DNA of 64,000 bases from an uncultured Nitrososphaerales archaeon (GTDB lineage Archaea; Thermoproteota; Nitrososphaeria; Nitrososphaerales; Nitrososphaeraceae). A program made the position numbers and the translations under genes. Where the stretch lies: positions 448,001 to 512,000 of the forward strand of contig CAVQMO010000010.1 in NCBI GenBank assembly GCA_963713605.1. Reading direction: 5' to 3'. Of the stretch, positions 55,691-64,000 are shown in pieces; the stretch's first letter is position 1, and each line of letters opens with the position of its first letter. The notes under the pieces are model-generated. The model saw only the letters and a program-made list of their open reading frames with translations. It was not told the DNA's origin and searched no databases.

Positions 55691-56149
55691 ATGATATCAC
55701 TGGATACTACGGTCGAAATTGGAAGTAGAAGAAGGAGCCGAAACAGCAGCTCGAAAAGAACCTACGAAGAGAGACTATCGGATGTCTTTTCTGCTTTCGC
55801 TGATGAAGATGCATTAAAGTTGTTTGAGACGATCGCTCAGCATCAAAACACTAGCATGAGTGATTTTGATACCAAGAAAAAGTACTACAGCCGACTTACG
55901 AAGTTAAAAGTCAATTCACTCGTTAAAAAGAAAAAAGATAGATACGTGTTAACGGCCTTTGGATCTAGCATGTACCAGGCTCTTCTGCATATGAAAAAAA
56001 CTCAATATCTATATTGGCAGCTCCAGGTGATAGACGCATTAAATGGAAAACTCCAAGGTGATCAACTCAAAGAGATGATCGAGTCGCTAATACCTGAAGG
56101 GGAGATTAGGAAGATATTACTCACTAATGGTTTGGCCTTCCAGACCTAA
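55691..56149 (+). CDS. winged-helix protein, paralog of 19545-20093
   Basis: VFSAFADEDALKLFETIA..TKKKYYSRLTKL..YVLTAFG..WQLQVIDAL. Confidence 0.75.
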   Translation: MISLDTTVEIGSRRRSRNSSSKRTYEERLSDVFSAFADEDALKLFETIAQHQNTSMSDFDTKKKYYSRLTKLKVNSLVKKKKDRYVLTAFGSSMYQALLHMKKTQYLYWQLQVIDALNGKLQGDQLKEMIESLIPEGEIRKILLTNGLAFQT

Positions 56150-56274
56150 AGTGATAGCAATTCACAAGCACTCTGACGATGGTGTTCATCATCATCATTT
56201 CTGGCGGGACCAGAGCGTAAAACATGCAAAACACTTGTTTGAATGAAGCACCATACATAAAATAGCTTTAGATT

Positions 56275-56722
56275 ATGAAGTATAGACATTCAGAAGCGAT
56301 GCAGGAACAAATACAATGGCGCAGGGATAAAGTCCTCGAACTAGGCGGTAAGGCCATAGTGAAAGAGAGATTGCCAGAGCTTTACAAATATCTGCTCCCA
56401 CTGCCACTGTACATAGAGATATTGTTTATCTGAATCATCATGCTAAAGAGAATATCCGCAACTATATCGATGACCGCTTGCCAGCGAATATCAAAAGTGT
56501 ATGGCAGGGATTTCCGCCATTATGAAAGAATCTTGGAATACCGCAGAATCTGCAGAATCAGAAGGCGCTACTGGTAGAAGAGACAAGCTCCGGGCGCTAG
56601 GTCTGGCTAAGGAATGCTACGCTATGAAGTTAGACTTGTTATCATCTGCTACTATTCTGGAGAGGGCCATTAGATTTGTTGAGAATCATCAAAGAAGCCA
56701 TGGTAAAGCAATAGTTCACTAG
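56275..56722 (+). pseudogene. HTH protein (terminase small subunit-like), two frameshifts
   Basis: QIQWRRDKVLELG/GHSEREIARALQIS..TVHRDIVYL..IDDRLP/EYQKCMAGISAIMKESW..KLRALGLAKECYAMKLDLL. Confidence 0.6.
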
Positions 56723-57152
56723 TCAAAAATGAGGCTCAAATAGTGAACTATCAATATGGCCAGGGTTTGATTGATGAGCCAAAATAAGGAAGTAACAGTA
56801 GAACAATGGAGGATTACAGTGTGCTAAATCTCCAGCTATCTTTTTTTAATGGTAGATTCCAGTTTTTCATCGTTTACGTGTAATTTTTGTGTCTGCTATT
56901 AGTACAATTCCATGTGAGCACTTGGCACCAATACCGCTGTCGACAAGATTATATCGCAAGTTGGTGAGCTACTAATATTTCAAAAGTATACTATTCAGTC
57001 TGGGCTAAAGATCTCTGGCTGGAGCCATAGTGAATGCTATTGCTAATTATCTAGACACATTTTAATACGAAGCTACAATTCTCACACGAAACGGACTGCC
57101 TCCAAGGCGTGCCTCCTGCTATTCTAACAACTAAAAACTTTGTTTATAAATA

Positions 57153-59327
57153 GTGGTTACATATAACGTCGTGGTGTCTGCAGATACGCCTCCTACAAAC
57201 AAATCCGAGATATTGTATGGAGTGGAAAATGCTATTGGAAGAGAACTTTATTTTATGTCCAATGTAAAAGAAAAAATGGATATATTCTTCGATCACAGAG
57301 CTCCCTCTATAGTTGTAGGAGTTGAAGAATACAAGAATGGCTACATTGAGATAAGGAGTCGAGGCGGAAAAATAAGAGCTTTAACCGAGATTACGAAGGA
57401 CAACCTCGTTTATTGCAAAGAGTTAATAAAACTAGTCAATGAACTTCGCAATTTAGACGGAATAAGGGGAGGGATGGCTGTAAACGGTTTGGAGTATATG
57501 GCTACCACAGAATTGCGCAAATCAAACCGTTCAACTCATATTATTTACAGTAACGTCAAAGAAGTTGTAGAACAAGGACAGTACATTTTTGACACCCTAT
57601 GGAATGCAGCCATTCCAGCTGAGAAGAAGATAAGGGAGATTGAAATGGGGTCAGTACCAGCCGCTGAACCGGCAACAATAATAGAGAATAATCCTAAAGA
57701 AATCATTAAGCAGTACAGGCGCATTGCCGAAAGCTCTAAGCAACTTTCCGGCTGTTTGACCTCAGGGGGAATGGAATATAGTCACAAATATTTTTATGAT
57801 ATACAGAAGAAATTGCTAGACAAGCAAAGGAGAGGAGAACATAAAGGAATTAGATATATTACCAAGATTGATAGAGATAATATTGAATTAGTAAAAAAGT
57901 ATCTGATATCAGGGACACAAATTAAGCACGCTAGGAGTCTACCACCGATGAGCTTTGGTTTTTCAGATAAAGAAATTGTCGCCACAATAGATAAGATGGA
58001 ACACGGCAAAAGAGCACAAAATCTTCTTATGAGTAACGAATCTGCCTACCTTAAGCATTTTGGGTCTATATTTGAAGAGTTATGGAACAACGGAGTCGAT
58101 GCTCCAGACCGGATCAAAGATATTGAAGAAGGGATAGATTTGGCAGAAATAGAGATCATTGCTAATCCTAGGGGGGGAATAGGCAGAGCATGGAGCGCTA
58201 TTAAACATGCAAGGGAAGAAATTTTGATCATGTTCTCTTCTGCAAACGCATTGCGTCGGCAGATACAGATGGGGGGGCTAGGTTTACTAAAAGACGCCTC
58301 AGAGCGGCGGAACTTACAAGTAAAACTATTGATTCCTCATGAAGATGACCAAAGTATCCTATCTACAATAATACAGGAATCGAAACCGTATTGTCCAAAA
58401 GTAGATTTTAGAAGTATGGAGAGAAGTTTTGGTACCAGAATAACAATAGTTATAGTTGACAAAAAAGAATGTATAATCACTGAGTTAAAGGACGATTCAA
58501 AAGATATTTCATATAAGGCGGCTGGTTTATCAACGTATTCAGATAGCAAATCAATTGTCTCTTCGTACGTTTCCATTTTTCAGAGTATATGGAAGCAAAC
58601 CGACTTGTATGAACAACTAAAGGTACATGATAAAATGCAGAAAGAATTCATTAATGTGGCCGCACATGAGCTAAGGACTCCTATTCAGCCAATACTTGGA
58701 CTATCAGAGAATCTTCTCTCTAGTGAAGGAACTATTGAAGAATATCATTATATACTTAATGCTATTTCAAGGAATGCAAAACGACTGCAGCGAATTACCG
58801 AGAATGTTCTTGACGTTACAAGGATCGAGAGTGGGGCGTTACCACTTAATAAGCATCACATTAGACTAAAGGATCTAGTTTTTGGTATCATTGCAGACTA
58901 TAAAAACAATGAGTACGGTGGACCAAAGAAATCTAAATTATTCTTCCATATTGAAAAGGATGGTGTTGCTGAGAGTAGAATTATTGTTGATGCCGACGAA
59001 GAAAGGCTGACCCAGGTTATCTATAATCTTCTAAGCAATGCCACAAAATTCGTAAACAAAGGCGGTAGGATTGATGTGAAAATAAAAAGGCTCAAAAAAA
59101 CCAGGCAAGTTGTTATTAGTGTCTCAAATACTGGTAAAGGAATAGATCCAGAAATCTATCCTAGACTTTTCACCAAGTTTGCGACAAATTCGTTTGTAGG
59201 AACTGGGCTGGGACTTTACATCGCAAAGAATTTAGTCGAGGCACATGGAGGTAGAATCTGGGCTAAAGATAATCATGATGGAAAAGGGGCTACTTTTTTT
59301 ATCAGCCTCCCGTTAGTTAGAACCTAA
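57153..59327 (+). CDS. cytoplasmic sensor histidine kinase
   Basis: H-box AAHELRTPIQPI, NLLSNATKF, NTGKGI, LFTKF, GTGLGLYI; no TM segments. Confidence 0.93.
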   Translation: MVTYNVVVSADTPPTNKSEILYGVENAIGRELYFMSNVKEKMDIFFDHRAPSIVVGVEEYKNGYIEIRSRGGKIRALTEITKDNLVYCKELIKLVNELRNLDGIRGGMAVNGLEYMATTELRKSNRSTHIIYSNVKEVVEQGQYIFDTLWNAAIPAEKKIREIEMGSVPAAEPATIIENNPKEIIKQYRRIAESSKQLSGCLTSGGMEYSHKYFYDIQKKLLDKQRRGEHKGIRYITKIDRDNIELVKKYLISGTQIKHARSLPPMSFGFSDKEIVATIDKMEHGKRAQNLLMSNESAYLKHFGSIFEELWNNGVDAPDRIKDIEEGIDLAEIEIIANPRGGIGRAWSAIKHAREEILIMFSSANALRRQIQMGGLGLLKDASERRNLQVKLLIPHEDDQSILSTIIQESKPYCPKVDFRSMERSFGTRITIVIVDKKECIITELKDDSKDISYKAAGLSTYSDSKSIVSSYVSIFQSIWKQTDLYEQLKVHDKMQKEFINVAAHELRTPIQPILGLSENLLSSEGTIEEYHYILNAISRNAKRLQRITENVLDVTRIESGALPLNKHHIRLKDLVFGIIADYKNNEYGGPKKSKLFFHIEKDGVAESRIIVDADEERLTQVIYNLLSNATKFVNKGGRIDVKIKRLKKTRQVVISVSNTGKGIDPEIYPRLFTKFATNSFVGTGLGLYIAKNLVEAHGGRIWAKDNHDGKGATFFISLPLVRT

Positions 59328-59520
59328 ATCATGGATCTTAGTAACTTTAATTATTAACTATCATTTTTATGTGGGTAGATTAAGATGATTTAATGAGCAG
59401 CAAATTACTCTATGCAGGACACATCTGCGAAGGCATCTCTGAATGGCTCCAAGTGTCTCATTTTTTTGCACAGAAGTGTCAAACTCCATTAAAATAACTC
59501 CAAGCCATCCTGACCTGACT

Positions 59521-60087
59521 TTACTCTTTGACCCGTTTCAGAATGTTCAGTATTTCCATGAGCTGTTCGTGACTCAGTTCAGCCTTCTTTAGGATTGCGG
59601 TGTCAAGATTATACCGTTTTAACTGCTCGAAAACGTGTTTATCCTTGATTGTATTTAACAAGAGCTGCGATGAAAAGGGTTTTTGCAATAACTCTATAAC
59701 TTTTTTGAGCTCCTTGACAGAATTCACCAACGTTTCTTTGACGTAGGCTGAAGCGAAAATGATTCTTTGACGAGGATTAACTGCAAGGATTTCTTTGGCT
59801 ACTTGTAATCCGTTCATTCCTGGCATTCTATAATCTAGTATCACTGCTTCAAATGGCTGAGCATTAGTGGATATTGCTATTTCTTTACTTTTTAACAGAC
59901 GCATTTCTTGAAATTTCTCCAGATAGAATTTTGTGCAATCTTCTCCATTATCCATTAAGCTAACTTCATAACCGCCCTTCTCCAGAGCCATCTTGTAGGT
60001 CAATGCAGTATCTTCGTCATCTTCGGCTATGAGTACCCTATTGACTTGCCTTAATTCTGGGCGCGTGGTTCGTTTTCTCCTTCCCAT
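59521..60087 (-). CDS. response regulator (REC)
   Basis: VLIAEDD, ILDYRMPGMNG, IIFASAY and LQKPF. Confidence 0.92.
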   Translation of the reverse strand: MGRRKRTTRPELRQVNRVLIAEDDEDTALTYKMALEKGGYEVSLMDNGEDCTKFYLEKFQEMRLLKSKEIAISTNAQPFEAVILDYRMPGMNGLQVAKEILAVNPRQRIIFASAYVKETLVNSVKELKKVIELLQKPFSSQLLLNTIKDKHVFEQLKRYNLDTAILKKAELSHEQLMEILNILKRVKE

Positions 60088-60659
60088 TCGGGCTGTTGAA
60101 TATTTAACACCCCTATTTTATTTTATGCTCCTGGGGGACGTCCCAGAATGCCTCTATAATGCCACGATTGGAAGTATGCACCTGATTAGATGTATCGCTT
60201 ACGGCTTTCTACAATTGGCCAGTTACAACAGCTAGAACTCGCCAGCGACCATTTTCGCTGTTGTTACATTCGCTATTGTTACATCCAGGATTCATCTGCT
60301 ATTTACCGTTACTAATAAAATGCCTCTGACTCTTTAATCTAGAATAAATAACTGACATACCGCTTATTTATAAAGCCTTGAGCATACAACTTCAAAATGG
60401 TTCTTGGACTAAATAGGAAAAGGGAATGGGGTGACGAATCCAAAATCTTTGAACTTTCGTATTTTATCGGTTTGGCTACGTTTGGCAAGCTCAGGAAAGG
60501 GGCTAGTCAATAAGAATTTCTCAGAGAAGGGATGTAGGGATTGTCGTAATAGGCACACCAGAGCTAGCCTATTACAAGACATAGAGAGGATTGCTTTTTG
60601 TATTTTTCATCTTAGTGTAATTGATTCTGGAGGAGTCCCCTACACTATACAAAGACCAA

Positions 60660-61380
60660 CCTTCGTAATAATATCTCAGGATACTCCACCAATATTATTT
60701 TTATCTACCTCTCCCATAACTGTAGAAGCTACTGACACTGAAGGTGGCTTAGTTACATATACAGACTACTGCTACGGACGCGACGAACGAACCTCTTGTA
60801 CCAATTTGTAACTTCTTCAGGGGACTCGCTCCATTAGGCACTTGGCAAGTTCACTGTTCTGTAACTGACAAAGGCTCACCTACAGGACCACCCCTAACTA
60901 CAAGCGGCTCTCTACTGCGAGAGTGATAGATACAACTCCACCGTCATTAACAGTACGATATGACAAGACAGTAGAAGCTGCTGGTCCTGATGGAGCAGCA
61001 ATTACATTTGAGGCTACTGCAACTGATATAGTAGAGTTGATGGAAGTAACGTGTAACCAAGCTTCAAGTTTTACTTTCCCATTAGGAACAACTACAGTCA
61101 CATATACTGCAAAAGATTGGTCTCCAGGTAGTCCAGATGCCCAAGAAACATTCACCGTAACGGTCATAGATGCAACTAAACCTGTACTTTCAGGTAGACC
61201 AAGCGATATAACAAAAGAAGCTGAAAACATTAGTGGCAGGTTGAAGTAACCTGCAATCCGCCATCTGGTTCTACATTCCTATCGGGCACAACGACTGTTA
61301 CCTGTATTGTATCCGATGATGTTGGAAATGCAACACAGACTTCATTCAAAGTAACAGGTCCTAGTGGTAGATACGAAACG
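60660..61380 (+). pseudogene. HYR-domain repeat surface protein, decayed
   Basis: DTTPPSLTV..TVEAAGPDGA..FPLGTTTVT; about three repeats broken by frameshifts. Confidence 0.7.
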
Positions 61381-61512
61381 ACAAAATGTAAGAATAACAT
61401 CAGCTATGGATAAGCACGGCAGGCCTGTATCAAATGGTGCGGCCATACCATTAAAGTCAATAACATTCCAACTTAGCAGACCAATAGACCCATCTAGTGT
61501 TACTAGTACAAC

Positions 61513-61716
61513 ATGTATGTAGATACAGGGAAAGAATACACGGTAGATATTACTGATAACGGTAGAGAGGGAGACGGTATCGCAAGAATAGAAGGTTTAA
61601 TAATCTTTGTAAAAGATGCAAAAGCCGGATACAAAAGCGTAAAGATTAAGATTAAATCTGCAAAAGATAATTTTGCTACTGCAGAAATAGCAGCAGGTTC
61701 AACAGATATGACATAG
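61513..61716 (+). CDS. single TRAM-domain protein
   Basis: GKEYTVDITDNGREGDGIARIEGLIIFVKDAKAG..NFATAEI. Confidence 0.88.
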   Translation: MYVDTGKEYTVDITDNGREGDGIARIEGLIIFVKDAKAGYKSVKIKIKSAKDNFATAEIAAGSTDMT

Positions 61717-61858
61717 GTTTTTGTTTATACTATTAGACCAATAATAGCTAAAAGACCACGTGAGTCTGTTAAATCTATCTAGAACTGATCATAGTACTAT
61801 TCTAATGGAATGATGGATCACAGCGCGTAATATCCTATATTGCCTATAATAAATCATA

Positions 61859-62065
61859 TTGCATTGGACCGAAGACTGCATTTGTAGTCGGTGGATCACC
61901 AATTCCAAGACTTTAGAATTTTTCAAGATAAGTGATTCAAGAACGGAGCTTCGAAGCAGCAGATGTAAAGGTCTTATAGGCTGGTGGGACGAACCTCCAC
62001 GAATAAAAAAGATTATGCCATTCAAACGGAAGTGGTCGAAAGAAGAATGTTTGGCAATGCGCTAG
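61859..62065 (+). CDS. small Cys/Trp-rich zinc-ribbon-like protein (copy B)
   Basis: HWTEDCIC..LRSSRCKGLIGWWDEP..EECLAM. Confidence 0.75.
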   Translation: MHWTEDCICSRWITNSKTLEFFKISDSRTELRSSRCKGLIGWWDEPPRIKKIMPFKRKWSKEECLAMR

Positions 62066-62079
62066 ATCTAATAGAATAA

Positions 62080-62090
62080 ATATCAGATTT
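62080..62090. promoter_or_regulatory. palindromic motif ATATCAGATTT upstream of peptide gene 5
   Basis: 73 bp before ATG. Confidence 0.65.
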
Positions 62091-62152
62091 ATGTAATCGC
62101 CTGATTTTGCTTAATCCACATAAGCATAACACGCACACAGAATGACAGAAAA

Positions 62153-62422
62153 ATGAACTTCAAATATATCGCAATGTTCGCGATAATAGCAGCAACATTA
62201 GTGGGAACAACAGCAGTAACAGTAGATAGCGCTTTTGCCTACGAAAAGAATCAGGCTATCTCACAAGCCAACAGCTGTGGAAATGGTGAACTACCATTTA
62301 ATGTCGGATGTCAAAATATTGATTCTCAGATTCAAGGTGATGAGAACGGTGTATCACTAGCAGCCGACCAAACATTCCCAGCGATCCAAAACAACGAACC
62401 AGAACCAAAACCTGTGAAATAA
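62153..62422 (+). CDS. secreted two-Cys Q/N-rich peptide, copy 5
   Basis: SQANSCGNGELPFNVGCQNIDSQIQGDEN; T7 tract at 62441-62447. Confidence 0.85.
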   Translation: MNFKYIAMFAIIAATLVGTTAVTVDSAFAYEKNQAISQANSCGNGELPFNVGCQNIDSQIQGDENGVSLAADQTFPAIQNNEPEPKPVK

Positions 62423-62808
62423 TTTAGCGTAACCACCATATTTTTTTGATGTTCTAGAGATCAACCATACATGCAGGATTCGTCCTGATATTATAACTAG
62501 TTTATCAAGATAGTTTAAACCATATTTTGCATTTGGTCTGAATTAGTGTATAGCAGATGCTCTTAGTAATAGGTATCTGGTTCTTCTACTAATCATTAAT
62601 CCAAATGAAAAATAAATCGTATACTCAGAATGATAGAAGTCAAACAGAAATGGACTTTGTATCTCTTGAAGAGGACATATTACGCGAGATCATGCTGTTG
62701 TAAGTAGTGGATGCCCAAGACATTATTATCAGAAATACTGTGCGGTCCAACATCATATTATTTAGCCGTCAATCTATCGATAGCCTATCTAGCTATCGAT
62801 CATTGTTA

Positions 62809-63210
62809 CTACACACCAGAACACAAGTTATCCTCGTCTTTGTCGTGGAGCTTCATAAGCTCTGCGCTCGCAGACTTCTGTCTAACAACAACTTTATTTG
62901 TCTTATAGAATTCTAGTTCCATTCCTCTTGTTAGACTATATTCTATTCTAAATGATTCGTCAGTCGAGATAGGCATCAGTTCGGTGTTATGTGAATTACA
63001 AATAGGACAGTCGAGTACATGTGACGGAGACCCATGTAAAGATTCTAAATCGTTAATCTCGAAATAGGATGCGCACCAATAACAGGAATTACAGATTACA
63101 AAATAGACCTTATCGATAGGTTGTAAAATTGTATTATTTTCTCTAATATTAGAAGAGAGTTCGGTTGTTTGCAACAAGTCATTTGCTATATTAAGCCTTA
63201 CAGATTCCAT
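62809..63210 (-). CDS. zinc-ribbon-containing protein
   Basis: FVICNSCYWCAS..CPICNS. Confidence 0.7.
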   Translation of the reverse strand: MESVRLNIANDLLQTTELSSNIRENNTILQPIDKVYFVICNSCYWCASYFEINDLESLHGSPSHVLDCPICNSHNTELMPISTDESFRIEYSLTRGMELEFYKTNKVVVRQKSASAELMKLHDKDEDNLCSGV

Positions 63211-63905
63211 ACCATTCTCGTCTCTCTTTGAACGCAGGTTGTTTTATACGTTGCCATTATAGGGGAGATATAGACTTATTGGCATATTTGTAAGCCAAAA
63301 TCAAATAACATTGCACTAAAGTGATATTAATTCATGAAATAACGATTATTACAGATATCCCGCACAATAATAATATTTCTAATTCTGGTCAGAAATCACT
63401 CAATGTGGGTAGTAGGTCACATCTGTCGACTTCATTACTAGCCTAATCATGTAAAAGTTTAACCTTTCAGTCTAAAAATCAGAAACTTCCTAATGCTGCG
63501 TTGCCTATGGTTGGCCTCATGGTACATATAAAAAACCTTGCGATAATTTACTTTCTTTACTTTTAATAGCAGCTAACTCACCTAAGTAAGACTTTGACCA
63601 GTAAGTAATCTGGAAGTCTCTAATTCTATATATTACTAGGTAAGTCAATTTTGAATTGATACAGTACAACCTACTCTTGATGATCTTGGAAACTGATTAC
63701 TTTAAACAAGTCTCTAGTATCAAAGAATAGCGTCCTTGATGGCTCAACTTGAGGATACTAAGGGTTTTCATCTTCCATAAGATCTTGAAGTTCTGATAAG
63801 GGCTTGTTGAATTTCTCTCGTAATTCAGTCAATAAACGTGGAATGAACATCAAAATCATCGAATATCAATAAAAGTATATCTCTTTCCATCGCGTAATGA
63901 TATGA

Positions 63906-64000
63906 ATGGTTTTCAAGTGTGGCAAGTGTGGCAGTGTATTTGATGAAAAACGACGCTTTGAAATACATAAACAAACACATGACCGAAAGTCTAAGGTCAG
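63906..64000 (+). CDS. C2H2 zinc-finger microprotein (runs off window)
   Basis: MVFKCGKCGSVFDEKRRFEIHKQTHDRKSKV; F-x-C-x2-C-x3-F-x8-H-x3-H. Confidence 0.75.
   Translation, partial: MVFKCGKCGSVFDEKRRFEIHKQTHDRKSKV

Noticed and set aside
1..64000. CRISPR array or cas genes
   Set aside because: No regularly spaced 24-47 bp repeats with unique spacers were seen. The 31-bp repeat at 45800/62063 is a duplicated promoter block.

Overview
AT-rich archaeal DNA whose gene content points to a soil ammonia-oxidising archaeon (Nitrososphaeraceae). That assignment is inferred from gene families, with no marker gene in the window. About 1-41.5 kb mixes housekeeping genes with many small hypothetical, secreted and zinc-finger proteins and decayed integrase/terminase fragments (16.8-18.9 kb, 32.5 kb). 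The housekeeping genes are an SplB-like radical SAM protein, NikR, tmk, TIGR01777, a Rieske ferredoxin, archaeal dephospho-CoA kinase, nth, sat-cysH, a CPA2 antiporter, a cupin, GH130, a NUDIX hydrolase, an aldehyde dehydrogenase and Lrp. A tRNA-Ser(CGA) with two BHB introns lies at 41389-41506, and the DNA after it is almost entirely accessory. The most striking unexplained structure is a repeated module: a small Cys/Trp-rich zinc-ribbon-like gene followed by secreted ~50-65 aa mature peptides. These share the core SQxNxCGNx3PxNxxCxNxxxQxQG[DE]xN. There are four tandem copies at 45.5-47.0 kb, one at 62.2 kb and a divergent collagen-tailed copy at 31.7 kb. Four copies have the palindrome AWATCWGATTT 69-73 bp upstream of the ATG, and those four are also followed by a T-tract. 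This is a candidate co-regulated secreted fibre/amyloid or peptide system. Three C2H2 zinc-finger microproteins and an acidic microprotein were missed by the ORF track. Many genes carry single-base frameshifts, most likely assembly indel errors.
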